Origin: Chlamydiota bacterium
GTDB taxonomy: Bacteria; Chlamydiota; Chlamydiia; Chlamydiales; SM23-39
Length of the DNA stretch: 13,813 nt
Reading direction: 5' to 3'
Assembly: GCA_048498835.1 (NCBI GenBank)
Contig: JBEHXF010000047.1
Span: 1 to 13,813 of the forward strand
Below the pieces are notes generated by a model. That model had not been told where the DNA came from. It ran no database searches and saw nothing but the letters and a program-made list of their open reading frames with translations. Positions 1-8,119 of this stretch are shown here, in pieces (the stretch's first letter is position 1; each line of letters opens with the position of its first letter). The translations under genes were made by a program, and so were the position numbers.

Positions 1-142
1 CGATGCGGCCAAAGAGCCAATTGTGAAGAGGCGTGGGTAGACGGGTTCGGACGACGTCTCGATCTTGGAGAAGAGCCGTTAGAAAAGAGGGAATTTCGTC
101 GAGGCTGCGCGGGCCTCCAAAGTTGACGAGAAGTGTTGTCAT
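1..142 (-). CDS. hemH: Ferrochelatase, 5' part (runs off the left edge of the window)
   Basis: Not in the ORF track. Manual translation from ATG at 142: MTTLLVNFGGPRSLDEIPSFLTALLQDRDVVRTRLPTPLHNWLFGRI, matching the ferrochelatase N-terminal LLxNxGGP...FL..LL.D..V pattern. Adjacent to a fliY-like SBP gene, as in chlamydial genomes. Confidence 0.9.
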   Translation of the reverse strand, partial: MTTLLVNFGGPRSLDEIPSFLTALLQDRDVVRTRLPTPLHNWLFGRI

Positions 143-164
143 ACGATGTAGTTTGGAATAATGC

Positions 165-193
165 TTCAAAAAATTGCATCTATTTTTTAAACT
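165..193 (+). promoter_or_regulatory. Putative sigma70/sigma66 promoter for the SBP gene
   Basis: TTCAAA (165-170), 17 nt spacer, TAAACT (188-193); ATG follows 6 nt later at 200. Confidence 0.45.
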
Positions 194-199
194 CTGCAC

Positions 200-940
200 A
201 TGCGTGTAGTTCTCTATTTTTTCTTAAGTTTATTTTTGGTCTCTTGCAGCTGTGAAAGCTCGGCTCGCAGCGGTAAGCTTCGTATTGGAGTGGATCCATC
301 TTGGGCGCCGCTGAATTTTGATGAATTGCAGCCGTATGTCAATGGCTATACGGAAGATGTTTTACTCGAAGTTTCGCGCTCAAGCGGTTTAGAGTTTGAA
401 AAGGTGACTGCGAATTGGGATTCTTTACTCGAGGGAATGAGAAAAGGGCAGTATGACGCTGTTCTCACTTCGATGCCTGCGTATACTTTTAATTTAGCCA
501 AATACGATTTCTCTCAAGATTTTCTTCAGTTAGGACCTGTCTTAATCACGACGCCAAGCGGTAAATATACCGAATTGCAACAACTTTCAGGTGAGCTTGT
601 CGGCATTATTTCCGGCGATCCCGCTGTGCTTGTGTTGCAAAAATACCCCGAAGTGATCATCCGCAATTACAACTCGATTCCAGAACTTTTAGACGCGGTT
701 GAAAACCAAGAAATCGAAGCAGCTGTCCTCGATCGGTTGCCCGCTGTCAATTATGTGAATGATCTGTATCAAGGGAAATTAAAAGTCGTTTCTGAGCCTC
801 TCACCAGTGTTGGCCTGCATCTCATCGTTCCAAAAGGGAAGTCGGAAGAGCTCATTCGCTCCTTTAATAAGAGCTTGGAGCGTTTTGAAAAGAAAAAGAC
901 CCTGGTCGATCTTCAAAAGAAGTGGAATCTCGCTAGTTAG
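200..940 (+). CDS. Polar amino-acid ABC transporter substrate-binding lipoprotein (SBP family 3, GlnH/FliY-like)
   Basis: Lipoprotein signal MRVVLYFFLSLFLVS|C; family-3 SBP motifs LRIGVDPSWAPL, WDSLLEGMRKGQYDAV, YDFS, and C-terminal LQKKW. Confidence 0.88.
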   Translation: MRVVLYFFLSLFLVSCSCESSARSGKLRIGVDPSWAPLNFDELQPYVNGYTEDVLLEVSRSSGLEFEKVTANWDSLLEGMRKGQYDAVLTSMPAYTFNLAKYDFSQDFLQLGPVLITTPSGKYTELQQLSGELVGIISGDPAVLVLQKYPEVIIRNYNSIPELLDAVENQEIEAAVLDRLPAVNYVNDLYQGKLKVVSEPLTSVGLHLIVPKGKSEELIRSFNKSLERFEKKKTLVDLQKKWNLAS

Positions 941-2423
941 CGTAATCTTCAATGACGTGAATCAGAGACTTAGAGGGGGGCGCTTGCTTCTGAATAGGTT
1001 TTATCATTTCTTCCATAGCCTCTTGTATCTGTGAGGTAATTTGTTCTCGAGATTTTTGTGGGAGTGGCGCTTCTTCTTTTGCCTCAAGATAGTCGGCGTG
1101 AATCGCTGGTTCTTGGGTCAAAATCGTCGTTTGCTCGCTAATTGCGATCCAGTCGTGAATTTTATTCAGTACGCTATAAAAACTGTGAATCGAAACAGAA
1201 GCGAGCTTATCAACCCAGCGACCGCAAAAGCGTGTCTGGATGTAACTATGGATGAGGAGATTGCTTAAACGATGAAAGAAGATTTGTTCTTCTTCCAGCG
1301 TCTGCCCTGAATGTCCGTTTTCTTTATTTTCGGTGAGCAAGTAGGAGAGAAAGCCTCTAAAATAGAGGGGTAAAACTCGCTCAATATACTGCTCTTGATG
1401 TGCCGTAAAAAGGTGAGTCCCGATTAAATTCATCTGAAAATCGGCGATTTTTTTATTGATACCCTGAGCGACTCCTTCAATCGATGAATCAATCGTCCCT
1501 TTTACCCAGGTAAGAGGACGAGAGCATAAAACCTGTTCCAGTTCTTTGAATCTCTGTAGTTCTAGCGATTTATTCTGAAGAAAAAAAGCCGTTTTATGCA
1601 GTTTATGAATTTTTTGCCATTCTGAATTTGCGCTGAGTGAATCTGCATACTTGGGAAGCGCTCTTAGGAGAAAAGAGGTCCAATTGTCTGCATCTCCTAT
1701 CCGTTGATAGAGTTCGTTTTTTAAAACGGTATCGAATCCAGCGGTAAGGAGTTTTTCATCGAAATAGAGCGCTGAACGGATTTGATTTTCAATCGCATCG
1801 TCGCTATAGCGCCTAAATATCTCTTTTAAAGCCACAGCGATAGACCATTTCATGGAGTCTGGACGCTTGCCCAATACTCCTTTTAGAAAAGGAATCAGAC
1901 TATGAGATTGAAAAGCGGCATTTTGAAAGACCACTTTCATCAGTTTTACAGTGGCATTTAACGGAAAGCTAAGGAGGGGAATCGACGATTCGATCGAGAT
2001 GCTCTGAAAAAACCGTCCTACGAGTTCATAACGGCTGCTCGCCACTGCATAACAGCTCTGTTTTTTCTCGGACCAAAATCGGGCTGTTTTATTCATGTAG
2101 CGCAAACCGAGAAAACCCCCTCCGATTGTACCGATAAAATGTCCCACTCTAGGAAGCATATCGACCGTGGAACCAAAATAGGCGGCGCTCAGAGCGACAA
2201 CCGCAGTTGTAAGGGATGCCTTTTTAGCCGTTAACCAATAGCTAGTTACTGTGAGAGCGGTGAGAGGGATGATCAACCGAGGAAGTGATGCGGCTAAAGT
2301 AGAACCAACATACTGCCCCAAAGCAGCGCCTGCCAATGCACCAATCGATTCGGATACAATCGTGGCAGCGAGTTTTCCGACAATGGTGTTGCGAAGGGTA
2401 GAAAAGGGGAGGATCGCGTTCAT
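933..2423 (-). CDS. Hypothetical protein with N-terminal hydrophobic glycine-zipper segments (candidate membrane/Inc-like protein)
   Basis: 496-aa ORF. First ~110 aa hold hydrophobic and GxxxG-rich stretches (IGALAGAALGQYVG; LIIPLTALTVTSYWL; LTTAVVALSAAYFG; VGHFIGTIGGGFLG). No family recognised. Confidence 0.75.
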   Translation of the reverse strand: MNAILPFSTLRNTIVGKLAATIVSESIGALAGAALGQYVGSTLAASLPRLIIPLTALTVTSYWLTAKKASLTTAVVALSAAYFGSTVDMLPRVGHFIGTIGGGFLGLRYMNKTARFWSEKKQSCYAVASSRYELVGRFFQSISIESSIPLLSFPLNATVKLMKVVFQNAAFQSHSLIPFLKGVLGKRPDSMKWSIAVALKEIFRRYSDDAIENQIRSALYFDEKLLTAGFDTVLKNELYQRIGDADNWTSFLLRALPKYADSLSANSEWQKIHKLHKTAFFLQNKSLELQRFKELEQVLCSRPLTWVKGTIDSSIEGVAQGINKKIADFQMNLIGTHLFTAHQEQYIERVLPLYFRGFLSYLLTENKENGHSGQTLEEEQIFFHRLSNLLIHSYIQTRFCGRWVDKLASVSIHSFYSVLNKIHDWIAISEQTTILTQEPAIHADYLEAKEEAPLPQKSREQITSQIQEAMEEMIKPIQKQAPPSKSLIHVIEDYAN

Positions 2424-2462
2424 AATAAAGGTGTTAGAGACTACTAAAAAGGAACTTAAATG

Positions 2463-4994
2463 TTAAGAAATGATTTTGCAACGGTCATGTTCGGCGTATT
2501 CTGCGCGAACACTGGCTAAGATTTTGGGATTCGGGGGACAAATTTGCAGTCCCCAGATATCATCAGCATAGTGACGGATCGATTCATCTGTTGAAAAAGG
2601 ACCCATTCCTGCGATGTTATGCAGAGCAGTTTCTGCCCATTTCAGCGGTGTGAGATAGAGCGCTTCAGCTTTTTTCTGTGTTTCATAGTAAGAGCGAAAA
2701 TCGCGCAATACACGAAATGGGTCGCTTTCGGTGAGAGTTTGGTGCAAAGCAGCAAAAGCTTTGGATTCGGCGGGAGTTTCGTCAAAGGGGCCATCTTTCA
2801 ATGCGTCAACCGCTCTATGCAAAACATCATCTTTGAGGTAATAATCCCACGCCTTATAGGGAAGGGTATTTTCAGAGGCAGAAGCGCCAAATCCAAAAGG
2901 CCACCAGGGGTCTGTAATGGAGGCGCGCATCTCAATGTTCGCTCCATCATCGGTGCCGATAGTCAGTGCCCCATTCATCGTTAATTTCATATTTCCTGTG
3001 CCTGATGCTTCCCATCCGGCAGTAGAAATTTGCTCTGAGAGATCGGCTGCAGGTAAGATCATCTCCGCTTTCGTCACATTGTAATTTTCGACAAAGACAA
3101 TGCCGAGTTTTTCTCTCACTTGAGGATCTTTATCAATTGTTCGAGCCAGCGCCGCAATTAAGAGAATGACCTGTTTTGCTCGTTCGTAACTCGGCGCAGC
3201 CTTTCCCGCGAAGATCGCGAGTCGTTGAATCGGGCGAGAGGAGGGATTTTCTTTCAGTTCTTGATAGAGTGCGATGAGATGTAGCGCATTGAGAAGTTGC
3301 CGCTTGTATTCATGGAAGCGCTTGGCTTGAATGTCAAAGAGAGCATCAGTGCTGAGCAAATGATGAGGCGGAACAGGCTTCCCTTTTCCATCTCGCAACG
3401 GGTTTTCATTGCGCAAATAGTCGAGCAACTCTTGTTTATTGACCTTTTTAATTTGAAGAAATTCCTCTTGCGATTTTAGGTCCGAAGCGAAGGGAGCCAA
3501 TTTAGAAATTTGCCTAAAGTCGATGATCCAACCCCGGCCGATTCGCTGAGAGATAAAATCGGCAAGCAGGGGATTGGCATAGAGGAGCCATCTGCGCTGT
3601 GTAACGCCGTTTGTCACGCTTGTAAATTTCTCAGGCCAGATATCGTAAAAGTCGTTAAACACGCGACTTTTTAAGATTTCTCCATGCAGTTTTGCAACGC
3701 CATTGACTTTATGAGAGCCCAAAATAGCCAGATGAGCCATGCGTACTTGACCATTTTCGATGATGGAAAGTCGACGCACCTTTTCTTCGTCGTTTGGAAA
3801 TTTTTCTCGAACCGTATTGCAGAACTGTTGGTTGAGCCGCTGGATGATATTATGCTGACGCGGAATCAACTCATGTAGACGTCTCTCGTTCCATTCTTCA
3901 AGCGCTTCACGTAAAATCGTATGGTTTGTATAGCTACACACTTGTTGGCAGGTTTCCCAGCTTTCAGCCCAGGTGAAGTCGTGATTTTTCATCAACGTCC
4001 GAACTAACTCAGCGATGATAAGAGCTGGATGGGTATCATTGATTTGGATTCTGACTTTGTCGCCAAAGTTGGAAAGATCCCCGTGAATGCGCCTGTGGCG
4101 GCGAATGATGTCATCAAGCGAAGCGGAGACGAGGAGAAATTCCTGTTTTAGACGAATCCGTTTTCCCATTTCAGTATTATCACTTGGATAAAGAACATCG
4201 GTGAGGGAGGTATTTTCCGCTGCCTGATCGAGAAGCCCAGCGTTGTAGCGCTGCAGCTGAAAGTTGCGAGGCGATTCTTTCGTCGACCAAAGACGGAGCG
4301 TCAGGACGGAAAAATTGCTCTTTTCCGAATAGCCGATGATCGGCGTGTCATAGGGAAGGGCTCGAACCTCTTCCATATCTTCTAACAGATAGATCTCTTC
4401 GCCATGTTTATTGGTGGCGGCAATGGGCCTGCCCCGGTAGCGAACCGTGACAGCGTGTGTATCGCGCCGCTGCTCCCACGGATTGACATTGAGGAGCCAG
4501 CAATCTGGCTTTTCCACCTGTTTGCCAGCCCAAATTTCCTGTTCGAAAATGCCATACTGGTAACGGAGGCCGTAGGCGCGTGCAGGATATTGCAGCGTTG
4601 CGAGCGAATCTAAAAAACAAGAGGCGAGTCGCCCCAAACCCCCATGTCCTAAGCCCGGATCGGGTTCGCAGGAGATCAGCTCGCTGAAATTGCGGTTCAT
4701 CTTTTTCAAGACGGCCTTCACCAAATCTGATGCGCCGATATTCGTCAAATTATTGCCAGTGAGTCGACCTGGCAAATATTCCATCGAGAGGAAATAACCG
4801 ATTCGGGTTTTGGAGTTTTGGATAGTATCGAGCGTCGCAGTCCAGTTGATCATCACCTCTTCGCGCAAGGCCGTACAAAAAGCTTGATAAAACTCTTCAA
4901 TGGAGGCGTCTTCAGACGTACGTCCACTGGAGGTAATGATGAAATGGCGGATTTTTTGAGCCAAAACTTCGACTTGATATTCTAAATCATTCAT
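2463..4994 (-). CDS. glgP: Glycogen/alpha-glucan phosphorylase (GT35)
   Basis: 843 aa with YFLSMEYLPGR, GGLGRLASCFLDS, YGLRYQYGIFEQ, RLKQEF, QINDTHP, YTNHT, VNGVA..H, TNGVTQRRW, KRFHEYKRQ and the PLP-lysine motif EASGTGNMK. Confidence 0.97.
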   Translation of the reverse strand: MNDLEYQVEVLAQKIRHFIITSSGRTSEDASIEEFYQAFCTALREEVMINWTATLDTIQNSKTRIGYFLSMEYLPGRLTGNNLTNIGASDLVKAVLKKMNRNFSELISCEPDPGLGHGGLGRLASCFLDSLATLQYPARAYGLRYQYGIFEQEIWAGKQVEKPDCWLLNVNPWEQRRDTHAVTVRYRGRPIAATNKHGEEIYLLEDMEEVRALPYDTPIIGYSEKSNFSVLTLRLWSTKESPRNFQLQRYNAGLLDQAAENTSLTDVLYPSDNTEMGKRIRLKQEFLLVSASLDDIIRRHRRIHGDLSNFGDKVRIQINDTHPALIIAELVRTLMKNHDFTWAESWETCQQVCSYTNHTILREALEEWNERRLHELIPRQHNIIQRLNQQFCNTVREKFPNDEEKVRRLSIIENGQVRMAHLAILGSHKVNGVAKLHGEILKSRVFNDFYDIWPEKFTSVTNGVTQRRWLLYANPLLADFISQRIGRGWIIDFRQISKLAPFASDLKSQEEFLQIKKVNKQELLDYLRNENPLRDGKGKPVPPHHLLSTDALFDIQAKRFHEYKRQLLNALHLIALYQELKENPSSRPIQRLAIFAGKAAPSYERAKQVILLIAALARTIDKDPQVREKLGIVFVENYNVTKAEMILPAADLSEQISTAGWEASGTGNMKLTMNGALTIGTDDGANIEMRASITDPWWPFGFGASASENTLPYKAWDYYLKDDVLHRAVDALKDGPFDETPAESKAFAALHQTLTESDPFRVLRDFRSYYETQKKAEALYLTPLKWAETALHNIAGMGPFSTDESIRHYADDIWGLQICPPNPKILASVRAEYAEHDRCKIIS

Positions 4995-5010
4995 AAGAAT
5001 GACTTATAAA

Positions 5011-5177
5011 TGAACCTATTCTAATAAATCTAGTTTCGCGATCTTTGGGTGCTTTTTGCCTATTTTTTTTGCTCAGATCGTCGTCTACCCTCTTTCGGGT
5101 ATGCCTCCTCCTTCGCTAAAAAAATTGGCTAAAAACCACCACAAATCTCATCGAAAATCTTTATGAGAATAGATTCA
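5011..5177. mobile_element. Imperfect palindromic element, MITE-like (~167 bp)
   Basis: Terminal inverted repeats TGAACCTATTCTAATAAA (5011-5028) and TTTATGAGAATAGATTCA (5160-5177), 16/18 matched. Arm complementarity continues inward (TTTGGGTGCTTTTTGCCTATTTTTTTT versus AAAAAAATTGGCTAAAAACCACCACAAA), with a central TACCC-TCTTTC-GGGTA hairpin. No long ORF. Confidence 0.7.
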
Positions 5178-6587
5178 GAGAAACGCGAATTGCAAAAGAT
5201 AAAATGCGAGGATGCTTAAACCGGCGCAAAGGGGGATCGTGACGATCCAAGAGACGACGATTTCTTTCAGTGTCTGTAAATTGAGAGCCCTAATGCCGCG
5301 TGCCATTCCGACGCCGAAGACTGCGCCCACCAGCGCGTGGGTAGTCGAAATCGGCATTCCCAATTTCGAAGCGAGGAGAATCGTGAAAGAAGCGCCAAAT
5401 TCGGCGCAAAAGCCGCGTGAGGGAGAAAGCTCAGTGATTTTTTTCCCAATTGTTTCAATGACGCGCCAACCCCATGTTGCAAGTCCCAATACGATGCCGC
5501 CACCACCGACCGCAAGGAGCCAAGAGGGAATTTGTGAATGGGTTTGCAGGGAATTGGTCTTTAAAATCCCTAGCACCGCTGCGACAGGGCCGATCGCATT
5601 CGCCACATCGTTCGCGCCGTGAGCGAAGGCGACCATGCACGCAGTCAGAATTTGGAGATAGACGAAGATTTTTTCGACTACCTGGTATTGTTCCGTCGAT
5701 TGTGTATAACAGGTATTTTTCTTCACGACCTCATTGAGGCGTGTCACTTGCGCCAGCACATCAGAAATCTGTCCGCCATACTGTTCGTTCCGATTGGAAA
5801 GATGGACTCGCTGCATGTGATGCAGGGCTTTTTCTAAGCTGACCGATTGGTACGGATGGAAGCTGTCAGGAGGCGATTCTGTTGTTCCAGTCACGCGCAA
5901 GATAAGATAACGGCTTGCCCAAGCAATGACTCCTCCCAAGAGCGCAGATACGAGGAAAGCATAGTAAAAGGGCAAATCGAGATCGAGTTGCGCAAGTCCA
6001 TGGTACGATAAGCTCAATCCGGAGACGGTGAAGCAGCAAAAAACCAACCAGGGAGCCAATTTATGGGTTGCTTCGATCGGATTGAGAGCAAATAAGATTT
6101 TCTTTTGGATCAGTAAAAAGAGTCCATGAGCCACCAGTCCACTCAATAAAGGAGATAACACCCAGCTTGCGGCGATTCCGCTCACTTCGCCCCAGTGAAC
6201 GGCATCCACTCCACCAATAACAGCGCCAAAGCCGATGACGGCTCCCACAATCGCGTGGGTGGTCGATACGGGAAGGCCGAAATAAGAAGCTAACTGCAGG
6301 AGTACGCCCGTCGCTAAAAGCGAGCCCATCATACCCATGACAAATATTTCTGGGCTACCCTCGAAGATCATCGGGGAAACAATGCCGTGTTGGATGGTTT
6401 CAGAGACGGACGATCCGACAAAGAAGGCGCCTGCGAACTCTAAAATCGCTGCCAAAATGACGGCGCGGCGCAAGGTCAGCGCTTTAGAGCCGACCGAGGT
6501 TCCCATCGCGTTGGCTACATCGTTGGCACCGATGTTCCAGGCCATGTAAAAGCCTAATAGCAAAGTGACAACTAAAGTCCAGCTCAT
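5175..6587 (-). CDS. Inorganic phosphate transporter, PiT (PHO4) family
   Basis: Two PiT signatures GANDVANA (N- and C-terminal halves), PVSTTH and PISTTH motifs, many transmembrane segments; start overlaps the DUF47 stop (ATGA). Confidence 0.95.
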   Translation of the reverse strand: MSWTLVVTLLLGFYMAWNIGANDVANAMGTSVGSKALTLRRAVILAAILEFAGAFFVGSSVSETIQHGIVSPMIFEGSPEIFVMGMMGSLLATGVLLQLASYFGLPVSTTHAIVGAVIGFGAVIGGVDAVHWGEVSGIAASWVLSPLLSGLVAHGLFLLIQKKILFALNPIEATHKLAPWLVFCCFTVSGLSLSYHGLAQLDLDLPFYYAFLVSALLGGVIAWASRYLILRVTGTTESPPDSFHPYQSVSLEKALHHMQRVHLSNRNEQYGGQISDVLAQVTRLNEVVKKNTCYTQSTEQYQVVEKIFVYLQILTACMVAFAHGANDVANAIGPVAAVLGILKTNSLQTHSQIPSWLLAVGGGGIVLGLATWGWRVIETIGKKITELSPSRGFCAEFGASFTILLASKLGMPISTTHALVGAVFGVGMARGIRALNLQTLKEIVVSWIVTIPLCAGLSILAFYLLQFAFL

Positions 6588-7258
6588 TTCAACTCGAGCA
6601 GCATGCGGATTCGATTCCCCAGTTGTTCACACAGTTCTGCTAGCTTCCCAATTTCTTCAATCAGACGGAGCGTTAAATGAAAAGCAGGGTAGGGCATCCC
6701 TTCGCCACTTCCATAGAGAATCTTGAGAACAGTCGTTTTTTGCGTATCGATTTCGTATTCAAGGAAGGCGATCTGTTCGACCATCCCTTTCACTTTTTCC
6801 GCTTCGATGCCACCAAACGAACTCTCCAGCAATTCATCCAATTCCTTGATGATCTGCCTTCCAAGCCAAAAAGTTTCAATCGTTTTTTCTCCGAGCGTTT
6901 TAAAGCCGCCCCTGACCTTTTCAGGTAATTCCAGCTTTCGCATCGCAGCCAAAAAGGCAATCGCTTCCGCTTGATCGGCTACCTTGTCCTGCAAGGACAA
7001 AATGTCCAACAGGGCGCTTCGATCGACGGGTAAAAATAAACTCTTTGGAAGGTGATTTCGAATATCGTTTTTGGTGAGATCGGCTTCGTGTTCAAGCTCG
7101 GAAATGATCTTTGCTATCCGATCGATAGCCGGGAGGTTTTCCTCCAACACAGCATCAAACAGAGCGGGCAGTTGCCCGACGCACTTGGCCACCCGATCCA
7201 TGTGTGTCTGGAGGGGGGCAAACGGTGACTTTCCGAATAATCTCGCAATGGTCAACAT
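6584..7258 (-). CDS. DUF47/TIGR00153 phosphate transport regulator (PhoU-like)
   Basis: LFGKSPFAPLQTH, ELEHEADLTKNDIRNHLPKSLFLPVDRSALL..L..QDKVAD and LEYEID patterns; canonical position directly upstream of pit. Confidence 0.93.
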   Translation of the reverse strand: MLTIARLFGKSPFAPLQTHMDRVAKCVGQLPALFDAVLEENLPAIDRIAKIISELEHEADLTKNDIRNHLPKSLFLPVDRSALLDILSLQDKVADQAEAIAFLAAMRKLELPEKVRGGFKTLGEKTIETFWLGRQIIKELDELLESSFGGIEAEKVKGMVEQIAFLEYEIDTQKTTVLKILYGSGEGMPYPAFHLTLRLIEEIGKLAELCEQLGNRIRMLLELK

Positions 7259-7269
7259 ATTACAGAAAG

Positions 7270-7298
7270 ATTCTACACAGGAAAAGAATATTAGATAA
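7270..7298 (-). promoter_or_regulatory. Putative sigma70/sigma66 promoter for DUF47-pit
   Basis: Minus strand TTATCT (7298-7293), 17 nt spacer, TAGAAT (7275-7270), 11 nt before the ATG at 7258. Confidence 0.4.
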
Positions 7299-7341
7299 GA
7301 GAAAAGGAAGGGAAATCTCCCGACCGTCTGTTATCTTTTAT

Positions 7342-8052
7342 TTATTCTTTCTCTGCAAAAAGGAGATCCATTTCGCGGGGGGTGAGGGGGCGATAGGAAC
7401 CGATGGGGAGAGTGCCGAGCGTGAGAGAGCCGATGCGGACGCGGCGAAGCTCGAGAACTTTTAGGCCGGCGCGCTCGGTGATGATGCGCACTTCGTGTTT
7501 CCGTCCCTCTTTCACGCAGATTCGGAATGTTCCTCGGCGCACTTTGTGCACGGAGACAGGGCGAACCCACTTGTTATCGACGCGGGCGCCTTGAGAGAGT
7601 GTCTCGAGGTACTCCGGTGTGATTTCATGAGAAGTTTTAACAATATATTCTTTGATGATGTTAGAAGAGGGGTGGATCACTTGATTGGCAAAATGGCCAT
7701 CATTTGTGACGAGGATCAGCCCTTCTGTATCTCGGTCCAGGCGTCCTACGGTAAACAGGCGCGCTTCAGCACCTTCAAAGAGATCGAGTACAATTTTTTT
7801 TCTGCCGACTCGAGCGTTTGAGCAAATATAGCCGGTTGGCTTATTGAGCATGTAGTAAACTTTTTTTTCCTCGGCTTGGACATAGGCTTCATCAACCATG
7901 ATTTTATCGAGGGTCCAGTCAACCAGAGTCTGGGGGACTTTAACGGTCTTTCCGTTGACTTTGACGCGTCCTTCGAAGATGATTTCTTCGCAGGCTCTTC
8001 TCGAGGCGATGCCAGCAGCGGCAAGGGCTTTGCTCAATCTTTTCTTTTCCAT
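7342..8052 (-). CDS. rluB: rRNA pseudouridine synthase, RsuA/RluB family, with N-terminal S4 domain
   Basis: S4 domain RLSKALAAAGIASRRACEEIIFEGRVKVNG; NKPTGY motif; catalytic VGRLDRDTEGLILVTNDG; EGRKHEVR; LRRVRIG. Exact subfamily (RluB versus RsuA/RluF) not certain. Confidence 0.85.
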   Translation of the reverse strand: MEKKRLSKALAAAGIASRRACEEIIFEGRVKVNGKTVKVPQTLVDWTLDKIMVDEAYVQAEEKKVYYMLNKPTGYICSNARVGRKKIVLDLFEGAEARLFTVGRLDRDTEGLILVTNDGHFANQVIHPSSNIIKEYIVKTSHEITPEYLETLSQGARVDNKWVRPVSVHKVRRGTFRICVKEGRKHEVRIITERAGLKVLELRRVRIGSLTLGTLPIGSYRPLTPREMDLLFAEKE

Positions 8053-8062
8053 AGTGCCAGAA

Positions 8063-8110
8063 AGTATACAGTAGGGTTTTATTTCAGGGAATGAAACATT
8101 TTGATAGAAT
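8063..8110. promoter_or_regulatory. Overlapping divergent promoters for rluB (-) and gpmA (+)
   Basis: Minus: TTCCCT, 17 nt, TATACT (8068-8063). Plus: extended -10 TGaTAGAAT (8102-8110) with TTTCAG (8082-8087) 17 nt upstream. Confidence 0.45.
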
Positions 8111-8119
8111 GCTTACGAA

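Noticed and set aside
2619..4620. Short ORFs (60-121 aa) overlapping glgP
   Set aside because: Fully nested in a well-supported gene and lacking recognisable features.
5212..6549. Several antisense and alternate-frame ORFs over the pit gene
   Set aside because: Shadow ORFs of a conserved hydrophobic gene, with no motifs or start signals.
7301..7321. Possible intrinsic terminator after rluB (GGGA-4 nt-TCCC followed by a pyrimidine run on the minus strand)
   Set aside because: The stem is only 4 bp and the U tract is interrupted; too weak to call.
7204..8094. Overlapping small ORFs around rluB
   Set aside because: Alternate-frame or antisense shadows of the pseudouridine synthase gene.
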